Assembly: GCA_964016885.1 (NCBI GenBank)
Contig: OZ024764.1
Coordinates: forward strand, 10,230,001-10,294,000
Source of the DNA: Eledone cirrhosa
Lineage: Eukaryota
Direction: 5' to 3'
DNA length: 64,000 bases
Program-made: the position numbers and the translations under genes
Shown: positions 1-11,766 of the stretch, one piece after another
How the letters are laid out: every line of letters begins with the position of its first letter
Position numbering within the stretch: the stretch's first letter is position 1
The notes under the pieces: generated by a model
Databases searched by the model: none
Told to the model about the DNA's origin: nothing
What the model saw: the letters and a program-made list of their open reading frames with translations, nothing else

Positions 1-782
1 CAGGTAGACCACACACTGGACTATAAGTGACCATGTAGACCACACACTGTACTATAAATGACCAGGTAGACCACACACTAGACTATAAATGACCAGGTAG
101 ACTACACACTGGACTATAAATGACCAGGTAGACCACACACTGAATTATAAGTGACCAGGTAGACCACACACTAGACTATAAATGACCAGGTAGACCACAC
201 ACTGGACTATAAATGACCAGGTAGACCACACACTGAATTATAAGTGACCAGGTAGACCACACACTAGACTATAAATGACCAGGTAGACCACACACTAGAC
301 TATAAATGACCAGGTAGACCACACACTGGACTATAAGTGACCAGGTAGACCACACACTGGACTATAAATGACCAGGTAGACCACACACTGGACTATAAGT
401 GACCAGGTAGACTACACACTGGACTATAAATGACCAGGTAGACCACACACTGGACTATAAGTGACCATGTAGACCACACACTGGACTATAAATGACCAGG
501 TAGACCACACACTGGACTATAAGTGACCAGGTAGACTACACACTGGACTATAAATGACCAGGTAGACCACACACTGGACTATAAATGACCAGGTAGACTA
601 CACACTGGACTATAAATGACCAGGTAGACCACACACTGGACTATAAGTGACCAGGTAGACCACACACTGGACTATAAGTGACCAGGTAGACCACACACTG
701 GACTATAAATGACCAGGTAGACCACACACTGGACTATAAATGACCAGGTAGACCACACACTGGACTATAAATGACCAGGTAG
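1..782. repeat. 31-bp minisatellite (CAGGTAGACCACACACTGGACTATAAATGAC), about 25 copies, intronic in the RBM19-like gene
   Basis: Head-to-tail near-identical 31-bp units with no spacers; the array runs off the window start. Confidence 0.95.
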
Positions 783-800
783 AAAAATTGTTTGACTCAC

Positions 801-848
801 ATCTCCGAGAAGTTCTTTCATCTTGTCTTCATTGTTCCTTTTGTGGAT
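801..848 (-). CDS. RBM19: RBM19/MRD1-like gene, putative exon 4 (IHKRNNEDKMKELLGD)
   Basis: On the minus strand a pyrimidine tract and CAG acceptor precede a 48-nt phase-0 open exon followed by a GTGAGT donor. It continues exon 3 in frame with a charged linker like the one after RRM1. Confidence 0.7.
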
Positions 849-1144
849 CTGAGGAAAAAAATGTGAGAAATAGAGTTAGAGATAGTGAGGTGGATATATA
901 GAAGGGTAGGTAGGGAGATGGGTGAATAGATATATAGATAGGTGGAGAAAGAGGAACAGATAGTGAGGTGGATATATATATATATAGAGAGAGAGAGAGA
1001 AGTAGATAGGTAGATAGACAGAAGGGTATATGGAGATAGAAAGAATACGATCACAAGCAGCCAAAATGGGGTTCCTCTGAAGGGTCTTTAGAGTAATGTT
1101 ACTTGATAGAGATCAGAGAGTCGCTCCAGGTCGAGCTGCTACTT

Positions 1145-2930
1145 CTCTGAATGAAAGATCACAGCTCTGATACTATGGTTATGTGGTTAGAATGTCTCAG
1201 GTAAGAATCTCCAAATTGAGAGATCACAGCTCTGATACTACAGACATGTGGTTAGAATGTCTGAGGAAAGAATCTCTGAATTGAGAGATCACAGCTCTGA
1301 TACTACAGACATGTGGTTAGAATGTCTCAGGAAAGAATCTCTGAATTGAGAGATCACAGCTCTGATACTACAGACATGTGGTTAGAATGTCTCAGGAAAG
1401 AATCTCTGAATTGAGAGATCACAGCTCTGATACTACAGACATGTGGTTAGAATGTCTGAGGAAAGAATCTCTGAATTGAGAGATCACAGCTCTGATACTA
1501 CAGACACGTGGTTAGAATGTCTCAGGAAAGAATTTCTGAATTGAGAGATCACAGCTCTGATACTACAGACATGTGGTTAGAATGTCTGAGGAAAGAATCT
1601 CTGAATTGAGAGATCACAGCTCTGATACTACAGACATGTGGTTAGAATGTCTCAGGAAAGAATCTCTGAATTGAGAGATCACAGCTCTGATACTACAGAC
1701 ATGTGGTTAGAATGTCTCAGGAAAGAAACTCTAAATTGAGAGATCACAGCTCTGATACTACAGACATGTGGTTAGAATGTCTCAGGAAAGAATCTCTGAA
1801 TTGAGAGATCACAGCTCTGATACTACAGACACGTGGTTAGAATGTCTCAGGAAAGAATTTCTGAATTGAGAGATCACAGCTCTGATACTACAGACATGTG
1901 GTTAGAATGTCTCAGGAAATAATCTCTGAATTGAGAGATCACAGCTCTGATACTACAGACATGTGGTTAGAATGTCTCAGGAAAGAATCTCTGAATTGAG
2001 AGATCACAGCTCTGATACTACAGACACGTGGTTAGAATGTCTCAGGAAAGAATCTCTGAATTGAGAGATCACAGCTCTGATACTACAGACATGTGGTTAG
2101 AATGTGTCAGGAAAGAATTTTTGAATTGAGAGATCACAGCTCTGACACTACAGACATGTGGTTAGAATGTCTCAGGAAAGAATCTCTGGATTGAGAGATC
2201 ACAGCTCTGATACTACAGACATGTGGTTAGAATGTCTCAGGAAAGAATTTCTGAATTGAGAGATCACAGCTCTGATACTACAGACATGTGGTTAGAATGT
2301 CTCAGGAAAGAATTTCTGAATTGAGAGATCACAGCTCTGATACTACAGACATGTGGTTAGAATGTCTCAGGAAAGAATTTTTGAATTGAGAGATCACAGC
2401 TCTGATACTACAGACATGTGGTTAGAATGTCTCAGGAAAGAATTTCTGAATTGAGAGATCACAGCTCTGATACTACAGACATGTGGTTAGAATGTGTCAG
2501 GAAAGAATCTCTGGATTGAGAGATCACAGCTCTGATACTACAGACATGTGGTTAGAATGTCTCAGGAAAGAATTTCTGAATTGAGAGATCACAGCTCTGA
2601 TACTACAGACATGTGGTTAGAATGTCTCAGGAAAGAATTTCTGAATTGAGAGATCACAGCTCTGATACTACAGACATGTGGTTAGAATGTCTCAGGAAAG
2701 AATTTTTGAATTGAGAGATCACAGCTCTGATACTACAGACATGTGGTTAGAATGTCTCAGGAAAGAATTTCTGAATTGAGAGATCACAGCTCTGATACTA
2801 CAGACATGTGGTTAGAATGTCTCAGGAAAGAATTTCTGAATTGAGAGATCACAGCTCTGATACTACAGACATGTGGTTAGAATGTCTCAGGAAAGAATTT
2901 TTGAATTGAGAGATCACAGCTCTGATACTA
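1145..2930. repeat. 65-bp minisatellite, about 27 copies, intronic
   Basis: Unit GAGAGATCACAGCTCTGATACTACAGACATGTGGTTAGAATGTCTCAGGAAAGAATCTCTGAATT recurs every 65 bp (e.g. 1283, 1348). Confidence 0.95.
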
Positions 2931-3085
2931 GCCGTATTCCTTTAGATATAAACATATACACACACACATAAATAAATTTTGGCAGACGCATTTACACATA
3001 AAAATACATGCAAACATATTGCCACATACATACACACACATAAACATACATAAATATTGACACACAACCACACTCAGGGAAGTAC

Positions 3086-3229
3086 CTTCTTTTTGTCGTC
3101 CTTCTTACTCTGCTCTTGTTCACTGCTAGGCTTGTTCTTCTCCTTGTGTATATATTTAGAACTCTCTGCCGAGTATTTGCTCCAAGACCTTGGCTTGTTC
3201 ACATCCCCAATGTCATACGCTGGCTCAAC
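3086..3229 (-). CDS. RBM19: RBM19/MRD1-like gene, exon 3 (VEPAYDIGDVNKPRSWSKYSAESSKY...KKK)
   Basis: TTGCAG acceptor, 144-nt phase-0 exon, GT donor. It contains the KPRSWSK motif matching the conserved KPRAWSK after RRM1 of RBM19/Mrd1. Confidence 0.88.
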
Positions 3230-3261
3230 CTGCAATTACAAAGAAAACACTCCATTATCAT

Positions 3262-4398
3262 TTAACCCTTTAGCATTTTCATTACTCTATATATACTATT
3301 GTATTTTCACAGTAAAGGCTTTACCTCACATAATATCTCACATAACATTTACATTACTCTATATTTACTATTGTATTGTCACAGTAAAGGCTTTACCTCA
3401 CATAATATCTCACATAACATTTACATTACTCTATATATACTATTGTATTTTCACAGTAAAGGCTTTACCTCACATAATACCTCACATAACATTTACATTA
3501 CTCTATATATACTATTGTATTGTCACAGTAAAGGCTTTACCTCACATAATATCTCACATAACATTTACATTATTCTATATATACTATTGTATTTTCACAG
3601 TAAAGGCTTTACCTCACATAATATCTCACATAACATTTACATTATTCTATATATACTATTGTATTTTCACAGTAAAGACTTTACCTCACATAACATTTAC
3701 ATTACTCTACATATATTATTGTATTTTCACAGTAAAGGCTTTACCTCACATAATATCTCACATAACATTTACATTACTCTATATATACTATTGTATTGTC
3801 ACAGTAAAGGCTTTACCTCACATAATATTTACATTACTCTATATATACTATTGTATTTTCACAGTAAAGGCTTTACCTCACATAATATCTCACATAACAT
3901 TTACATTACTCTATATACACTATTGTATTGTCACAGTAAAGGCTTTACCTCACATAATATCTCACATAACATTTACATTACTCTATATACACTATTGTAT
4001 TGTCACAGTAAAGGCTTTACCTCACATAATATTTACATTACTCTATATATACTATTGTATTGTCACAGTAAAGGCTTTACCTCACATAATATCTCACATA
4101 ACATTTACATTACTCTATATATACTATTGTATTTTCATGGTAAAGGCTTTACCTCACATAATATCTCACATAACATTTACATTACTCTATATATATTATT
4201 GTATTTTCACAGTAAAGGCTTTACCTCACATAACATTTACATTACTCTATATATACTATTGTATTTTCACAGTAAAGGCTTTACCTCACATAATATCGAA
4301 TCTAACATCAGTATGAGTGGCCAGTTAAAACTGGTTTGTACAGAAAGAGGTGAGAGAATTCTGGCCAGATATGGCTGGTTCAAATACTAAAGGCTTAA
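3262..4398. mobile_element. TTAA-flanked (piggyBac-like) MITE carrying an internal 72/60-bp tandem array
   Basis: Starts TTAACCCTTTAGCAT and ends ATACTAAAGGCTTAA. The unexpanded homolog lies inverted at 5332-5550. The array spans about 3279-4297. Confidence 0.75.
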
Positions 4399-5000
4399 TG
4401 CCCGTTTTCCCTGCTAGAAAAAAATCTGAACCAGACTTCCCAGACCATGTTGTTACTCAAGTAGAGCCACCCACACTTTTGTATGGACTGGGGATAGGAG
4501 GAGAGCCTGCATCACATTTACAAGCATCCCCAGGCTATTTATATACATAGCGAGTGCTCAGATGCACCAATGGGCTTTCATCTCGCTCACTACCTGTAAT
4601 TCTAAAGAAAACCATCATCCCTACAAGAAAAACCTAAACCAGTCAGTCCAAACCATGTCGGTACTCAAACAGGGCTACCAATGTCTTGTATAGCCCAAGG
4701 GAAGGGCCTTCATCTAATTTACAAACATTCACGCACTTTATTAGACATCAACACCTAATCTCTCTCAATTTAAAAGCTGAGGCATCAGGGAGGAGTTCTG
4801 GCTAGTTCCGGTCAACAAAATTTCCATTTACAACAAGTTTATGATATCTGAATGATTAAATATTAGCAGAAGGGCACCCAGAAGTCATGACCTGGGTGAG
4901 GCCAACTTTGAGGAGTTCCACTCCACTTGGTAACTGAGTAAAGTCTGGGATCTTATTGACCGTTTAAAAAAACACAAACACAAAAAAAAAAAAACCATAC

Positions 5001-5183
5001 CTGAATTTTGTCAGTGTCGATGAAAGTTTTATTGAAGAATATGATTGCGGTAGAACAATCTTCAGGGTTCTGGTAACCGATGAAGGCAAACCTTCGAAAG
5101 ACACCATCGCTGGTGTACTTTAAGTTGCAGTTGGTTATGTGACCTTTGACCCCAAATATTTCCTGCAACCGTTCACCGGTCAT
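5001..5183 (-). CDS. RBM19: RBM19/MRD1-like gene, exon 2 (RRM1: MTGERLQEIFGVKGHITNCNLKYTSDGVFRRFAFIGY...FNKTFIDTDKIQ)
   Basis: CAG acceptor, 183-nt exon, GTATGG donor. The RNP1-like RRFAFIGY and FNKTFIDT motifs match RRM1 of RBM19. Confidence 0.92.
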
Positions 5184-5331
5184 CTGTAAAATGAAAAGTA
5201 GGAAAATATATGACTGGTATTTTATTTTAGCAAACATAGCCATACACTGTAAGTTCTCCCTCCCTATCTTGTTGAAAAAAAATAAGGGTAAAATATTACA
5301 CCTGTCTCGCTCTAGAGGTGAAACATTATCC

Positions 5332-5550
5332 TTAACCCTTAAGCATTTAAACCGGCTGTATCCGGCCAAAATTCTCTCACCTCTTTCTGTTCAAACTGGC
5401 CACTCGTACTGACATTAATGTATTTTTCTCGAAATAAATAACATCAAAATCTCGTAGAATCGATATTATGTGAGATAATTATGTAAGATAAAGCCTTTAC
5501 CACAAAAATACAATAGTATATATAGAATAATGTAAATGCTAAAGAGTTAA
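5332..5550. mobile_element. TTAA-flanked MITE, unexpanded copy
   Basis: TTAACCCTTAAGCATTT...AAATGCTAAAGAGTTAA terminal inverted repeats with TTAA at both ends; inverted homolog of 3262-4398. Confidence 0.75.
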
Positions 5551-5703
5551 TAGGGTTTTTTGTGTGTTTTCAAGGAATATGGCCATCAAAAACCATAAGT
5601 TTCACTTGTAAACCCAAGAACTCCAAGAGAGCCCAATTAACTAATTACGGCCCTGTGGTTGGAGATCATTGATATAGTAGATATTATATACTGTATATTA
5701 TCT

Positions 5704-5976
5704 AAGTCTGTCTTAAGCCAGAAGGATCATTTGGCCGGTGCTTATCCCGGTTTCACGGTGTGTAGCGACTGAGAGTACAAGACTCCCCCCTGGACAGGAC
5801 GCCAGTCAATCGCAGGGTTAAACCCCCAGCTACTACTGGTATTCATTTTCAGTTGAGTATACTGGAGCAACGTGAAATGAAGTGTTTTACTCAAGAACAC
5901 AACACAGAACCCAAGAATCGAACCCACGACATTATGATCGTAAGTCTAAGACCCTTACCACCAGGCCACCTGCCTC
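5704..5976 (-). mobile_element. tRNA-derived SINE
   Basis: Minus-strand A box (TGGCCTGGTGG) and B box (GGTTCGATTC), followed by a central CCTGCGATTGACTGGCGTCCTGTCCAGGG domain typical of widespread metazoan SINEs. Confidence 0.75.
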
Positions 5977-6308
5977 ATCATCATCATTTTACGTCCACTT
6001 TTCCCTGCTTGCAAGGGTGGGACGGGAACTGATTCTGGCCTGATTTCTACAGTTGGATGCCCTTCCGAACACCAACCTCATTTACAGTGAGTGCTGGGTG
6101 CTTTTTTGCCGTGGCACCTCCACGACCACTTTGCAGTGGAATGATAGAGACCCCAGTCCCTATCATCTCATTTCTACAGCTGAGTAAACTGGAGCAATGT
6201 GAAATAAAGTGTCTTGCTCAAGGAAACAACACATCACCCGATCAGAGAATTGAACTCACAACCTTTCGATTGCAAGCCCAATGCTCTAACCACTAAGTTA
6301 TGTGCCTC
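5977..6308 (-). mobile_element. tRNA-derived SINE with RTE-like 3' tail and (ATG)n end
   Basis: tRNA-like head (TAACTTAGTGG...GAGTTCAATTC); the 3' end CCCGTCCCACCCTTGCAAGCAGGGAA...GGACGTAAAATGATG is shared with the RTE LINE at 37610. Further copies at 36895-37220, 40520-40776 and 62140-62397. Confidence 0.8.
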
Positions 6309-6633
6309 GAGTGGATATATCATCTTCATCATTATCACGTCCATTTTTCTAGAATACCTATATATATATATATAATGTACAGTATATATACATTATATAT
6401 GATGTCGTGCAAGGGCTAGGCAAAGATCGTTACAGTGTATTATATACACAAGATATACATTATATATAGTGTATATATACACTATATATACATTATATAA
6501 GTTCCATACGGTTTGATAAACAGTGGCGTACCAGAACTATATATACATACATGTATAAATATATATACATTGTACACGACACCTAACACATATAGATTGC
6601 CCCAGCCACAAATAAAACAGTAAAATAACTCAC

Positions 6634-6669
6634 ATTTTTCGGTAAATTCTTCACAATTAAACGAGACAT
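6634..6669 (-). CDS. RBM19: RBM19/MRD1-like gene, exon 1 (MSRLIVKNLPKN)
   Basis: ATG at 6669 encodes MSRLIVKNLPKN, the diagnostic N-terminus of RBM19/Mrd1, followed by a GTGAGT donor; in phase with exon 2. Confidence 0.92.
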
Positions 6670-6674
6670 TTTAA

Positions 6675-6712
6675 ACACGTGTTCATTGAGAAACTCCGCC
6701 ACAGGAAGTTTA
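6675..6712 (-). promoter_or_regulatory. Candidate proximal promoter or 5' UTR motifs of RBM19: E-box CACGTG and ETS-like ACAGGAAGT
   Basis: The motifs lie immediately upstream of the ATG; function is inferred only. Confidence 0.35.
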
Positions 6713-6829
6713 CACTTTCAATATCCAGTAGAAGTAAATACAAATTCTGGAATAATTTAACGAAACGAAACTTGCGTCAAAAAACGAAACGAAGAAACAA
6801 AAACATAGTCAATTTTTATTATGAATACA

Positions 6830-7310
6830 AGTTAACTTTGACTTCATCCTTACGGGGTCGATAAAATAAAGTACCAGTAATGCACTGAGATATTTGCTCG
6901 CCTTGTGCCAAAAGTAGAAACAATTATTATTAAATAAAGAATCTGACTATGTTCAAATCCCGCCGAGGTTAACTTTGCCTTTCATCCTTACGGGGTCGAT
7001 AAAATAAAGTACCAGTCACGCACTGGTGTCGATTTAATCAACTCCCCCCTCCCCCCGCTCAAATTACTGGCTTTGTGGTGCCTATACAAGAAATCATTAT
7101 TAAATAAAGAAAACTTTCATCCTTGCGGGATCGATAAAATAAAGTACCAGTCACGCACTGGGGTCGATTTAATCGACTTCCCCCTCCCCCAAAATTCCCC
7201 CATTATGAATAGGTTATTTAGCGCCGTGGATTGGCAGAATCAGTAGAGCGTCGGACAACATGCTTAGTAGCATAAAGTTACGGCCCTTTGCGTTCTGTGT
7301 TCAAATCAAA
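6830..7310 (+). mobile_element. Cluster of SINE fragments (TTCATCCTTACGGGGTCGATAAAATAAAGTACCAGT family)
   Basis: The core recurs three times here and again at about 8900-9110, 12130-12195, 24690-24880 and 42740-43270. Confidence 0.7.
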
Positions 7311-7380
7311 GCTAATAAAATACTCCATCCAGCCCGTTATCATTTAGGTATATATGTGTGTGTGTATGTGTATATATATT

Positions 7381-7413
<33 letters not shown>

Positions 7414-7559
7414 CCCCATCATCATCATTATCATGCTAGCATGGGTTAGACGGGTTGTCCTATTTGAGGCAAGTTGGGTCGGGTGACTGTGTCTTACTCA
7501 TCTAGAACTGTTTCTGGCTAGATTTCTACAGCCGGATGCCCTTCCTAACACCAACCACA

Positions 7560-8735
7560 TTTATAGTGTTGGTTGGGTGCTTTTTTGTTGTGACACCTAC
7601 ATGACCCCTTTACAGTGTGGACTGGGTGCTTTTTGTTGTGACACCTACATGACCCCTTTATAGTGTGGACTGGGTACTTTTGTTGTGACACCTACACGAC
7701 CACTTCATAGTGTGGATTGGGTGCTTTTTGTTGTGACACCTACATGACCACTTCATAGTGTGGATTGGGTGCTTTTTGTTGTGACACCTACATGACCACT
7801 TTACAGTGTGGACTGGGTGTTGTTTGTTGTGACACCTACATGACCACTTTACAGTGTGGACTGGGTGGTTTTGTCGTGACACCAACATGACCACTTTACA
7901 GTGTGGACTGGGTGTTGTTTGTTGTGACACCTACATGACCACTTCACAGTGTGGACTGGGTGCTTTTTGTTGTGACACCTACATGACCCCTTTACAGTGT
8001 GGACTGGGTGCTTTTTGTTGTGACACCTACATGACCCCTTTACAGTGTGGACTGGGTGCTTTTTGTTGTGACACCTACATGACCCCTTTACAGTGTGGAC
8101 TGGGTGCTTTTTGTTGTGACACCTACATGACCACTTTACAGTGTGGACGGGGTGCTTTTTGTCATGTCACCTACACGACCACTTTACAGTGTGGACTGGG
8201 TGTCTTTTTGTCATGTCACCTACACGACCACTTTACAGTGTGGACTGGGAGTCTTTTTGTCATGTCACCTACATGACCACTTTACAGTGTGGACTGGGTG
8301 TCTTTTTGTCATGTCACCTACACGACCACTTTACAGTGGGGACTGGGTGCTTTCTGTCGTGACACCTACATGACCACTTTACAGTGTGGACTGGGTGTCT
8401 TTTTGTCATGTCACCTACACGACCACTTTACAGTGTGGACTGGGTACTTTTTGTTGTGACACCTACACGACCACTTTACAGTGTGGACTGGGTACTTTTT
8501 GTCGTGACACCTACACGACCACTTTACAGTGTGGACTGGGTGCTTTTTGTTGTGACACCTACATGACCACTTTACAGTGTGGACTGGGTACTTTTTGTCG
8601 TGACACCTACATGACCACTTTACAGTGGGGACTGGGTATCTTTTTGTCATGTCACCTACACGACTACTTTACAGTGTGAACTGGGTACTTTTTGTCATGA
8701 CACCTACATGACCACTTTACAGGGTGTACTGGGAG
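7560..8735. repeat. 48-bp minisatellite grown from a SINE/RTE-tail element
   Basis: Unit TTTACAGTGTGGACTGGGTGCTTTTTGTTGTGACACCTACATGACCAC follows the GGATGCCCTTCCTAACACCAACC SINE segment. Smaller arrays at about 34175-34640 and 56085-56410. Confidence 0.9.
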
Positions 8736-8849
8736 TACTTTTTGTGATATCAACATAATCTATGTGAAAAGTGTGTTTGAACACAGAACGTGAAGGGACG
8801 TAACTATATGCCACAAAGCATGTCCGATGCTCTACCAATTCTAACACCC

Positions 8850-8896
<47 letters not shown>

Positions 8897-9519
8897 TGTT
8901 TCTACTTTGGACACAAATCCAGCAATTGGGGGTGGGGCATTAGATATACCCCAGTGCATTACTGGTACTTTATTTTATCGACCTCGGAAAGATTAAAGGC
9001 AGAGCTAAATCGGTAGGATTTGAACAAAGAACGTAAAGGGACGTAACTATATGCCACAAAGCATGTTATTCGATGCTCTACCGATTCTACTGCTGCTAAT
9101 CCACCGTAAATAATATTTAAATCAATATTAAAATTATTTAATACACACGTTATTGTGTTTTATTACACCAGTGACCCTTACAACCCCTTCCTTCGGTCCA
9201 TGGAGGAATTGTCTTTCAAGACACAAGTCCCTGGTACAAAAAGCTTGGGGACCGCTGATCTAACACTAACAAGTGTTAGTGTTAGATCAACGGTCCCCAA
9301 GTTACTGGGGTATGAATTGAAAATGGGAGTAAATAGATATAATTACAGCGGTAACTTAATTGGTGTTACACCGGTATTTCTTAATCATTAATTCATTGAC
9401 ATTTTGTTTACAACAGTTGAACTTTCTTTGTGTAGTCAGTGTTAAATGTAACTAAAATTTGGCTTGATAGGAAGATGTTATGATCGAACCTATACATTAT
9501 GTCTGCTAGTATACAGATC

Positions 9520-9900
9520 TATAAGTGCTATCCTGGATGCTGCGGTTAGGACGAGAGCCACAGCTTCCGCAACCGAGCGGAGTAAGACCCTCAAATACTG
9601 TGATCTGTCGGCCAGCTACATTTTTCAGCCTGTGGTTTTCGAGACGTTTAGGGGAGTCGGGCCGCTGACTGCGAGGTTTCTCTCTTCACGGGCGGCTCGC
9701 CTAATAGAGGTAACTGGTGAATCTCGCGAGGGCGCTTGGTTGTTCCAGCGCATTAGCCTCGCCATCACCCGAGGCAACGCTGCTAGTGTACTGGCTTGCC
9801 TCAAAAATCAATAGAGAGGTTGCCCGGTACTCCTCGCGATGCTGCTGTCTTTTGCTCTGGCGTTGGCTCGGTTGTTCCCCCCTACCTTTACATATTCTTT
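9520..9900 (+). mobile_element. 3' fragment of a CRE-like non-LTR retrotransposon (restriction-like endonuclease C-terminus)
   Basis: Translation ..ERSKTLKYCDL..IFQPVVFETFRGVGP..WLFQRISLAITRGNAASVL* resembles the K-x-x-KY...FxPxxxETxG...FQRISxAIQRGNAASV C-terminus of CRE-clade elements. Confidence 0.75.
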
Positions 9901-10067
9901 AATATTGCAACATTAAAAGAATATATCTTTCTGAAAGAAGCGCGAGCAATTTATAATGTTATCTAAGCATTTGTAATGTTATTCTACTGTAAATTTATTT
10001 ATATGCTCTGTTTATATTTTCATTCTGAAAGAATTGCAAACGATTTGTAATGTTATTCATACAACTG

Positions 10068-10069
<2 letters not shown>

Positions 10070-10126
<57 letters not shown>

Positions 10127-10173
10127 ATATATATATTTATATATATATTTATATATATATTTATATATATATT

Positions 10174-10212
<39 letters not shown>

Positions 10213-10233
10213 ATTTATATTTATATATATTTA

Positions 10234-10284
<51 letters not shown>
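10070..10284. repeat. (AT)n microsatellite
   Basis: Directly visible. Confidence 0.95.
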
Positions 10285-10290
<6 letters not shown>

Positions 10291-10602
10291 TGCTCTAGCT
10301 TCCGTAGTAGGGTCTATACCGTAGTTAGAACTCAATGTAATCCGTTAGCAAGTAATCCAGTGAGATCCAGAAATTGGTTCCGTGTTTCCCTGAGTCAATC
10401 CTTCAGATACAGAGTCTGATATATTAAATATTAGTTTAACAATAATAACGAATGCAAGTTATCTTACATATTCCTTTCATTGTTTTACGATCGTTTCGGA
10501 GAGTTGATCATGTCGATATATCGACTGATCTATAGCAGTTAGAGAACTGTATACGATCAGACATAATATATAGGTTCGATTATATGTGAATATAACGTAT
10601 TG

Positions 10603-10684
10603 GCTGTGGTGGCCGAGTGGTTAAGGCGTTGGACTTGAAATCCAATGGGTTATACCCGCGCAGGTTCGAATCCTGCCCGCAGCG
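10603..10684 (+). tRNA. tRNA-Ser (anticodon TGA)
   Basis: 82 nt; acceptor stem GCTGTGG/CCGCAGC, A box TGGCCGAGTGG, anticodon arm TTGGA-CTTGAAA-TCCAA, long variable arm, T arm GCAGG-TTCGAAT-CCTGC, discriminator G, downstream TTTT. Confidence 0.96.
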
Positions 10685-10750
10685 ATTCTTTTATATATAT
10701 TAGAAAAGGGAAGTAAGGTTCTATACAAAACATTGGATATAGAGAAAAGG

Positions 10751-11015
10751 TGAAGTTTGAAATAGCACGGAAAATATATTTTAGGGTCTGTTTTTCTTTT
10801 TTTTTATCCTTTCTTTGATTCGTCAAAGTGACATTATTGAAAAGATGAGAGGGACAATTCTTTTAAAAAAAAAGTTTTATGATGTATATAAAAGTTTTAA
10901 AAAGAATTGTCCCTCTCATTTTTTCAATAATGTCACGTTAACGAATCAAAGAAAGAATTTAAAAAAAAAGAAAAACAGACCCTTAAATATATTTTCCGTG
11001 TTATTTCCAGCTTCA
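10751..11015. repeat. Inverted repeat (fold-back/MITE-like), arms about 115 bp
   Basis: TGAAG..CACGGAAAATATATTT..GAGGGACAATTCTTTT pairs with AAAAGAATTGTCCCTC..AAATATATTTTCCGTG..CTTCA. Confidence 0.8.
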
Positions 11016-11766
11016 TCTCTCTCTCTCTCTCATATATCATCATCATCATCATCATCATCAGGTTTAGCGTCCGTGTTCCACGCTTGCATGGGTTTGGACG
11101 GGGGTTTTCCCACTTGAGGCAAGAGTGGTTGTCTTGCTCGCATAGGACTGTCTGGCGGGTTTTCTACAGTTGGATGCCCTTCCTAACACCAACCACATTT
11201 ACAGTGTGGGGCTGGGAGGTTTTTACCGTGTTGCCTACACGGCCACATTACAGCGTGGACTGTCTGGCGGGTTTTCTACAGCTGGATGCCCTTCCTAACA
11301 CCAACCACATTTACAGTGTGGGGCTGGGAGGTTTTTACCGTGTTGCCTACATGGCCACATTTACAGCGTGAACTGTGTGTTTTTTGTCGTGACACCTACA
11401 CGATCTCATTTGTTTCGGCCTGGATGTTGTGGGACCAACATAACTTTACATTGAAAGGGGCGGTGTGGGTGGGGTGGAGGTGGTGGGACGGGGGTGTGTT
11501 TTGATAGAGGTGCCTACTGACTGTAGTAGGTTTTTACTTTGTACCTACTAGTCAGTAGGCACAATATATATATATATAACCAAAATATATATATATATAT
11601 AACCAAAATATATATATATATATAACCAAAAGTTAAACAAGGTTCATTGATTAATCGATGAATATAGTTTTACAATAGATTAGAAGCACTCAACAGTTAA
11701 AATGTTTTCTGGAGTTATTAATATTAATTCAAAATATTAATAAATATAGACATTCATGTAATCAAA

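Noticed and set aside
3057-4390. 419-aa and 363-aa ORFs
   Set aside because: Translations of the 72/60-bp tandem repeat, antisense to RBM19 and mostly within its intron.
4400-4950. Unique GC-richer intronic stretch that could be an extra exon or LTR
   Set aside because: No recognisable protein motif or element ends, and exons 2 and 3 already join in frame without it.
4953-5369. 138-aa ORF as a complete gene
   Set aside because: Only 5183-5001 is exonic (bounded by AG and GT); the rest is intron and MITE sequence.
7658-8679. Cys-rich repeat ORFs resembling metallothionein or keratin-associated proteins
   Set aside because: They derive from the 48-bp SINE-related minisatellite and are open in several frames.
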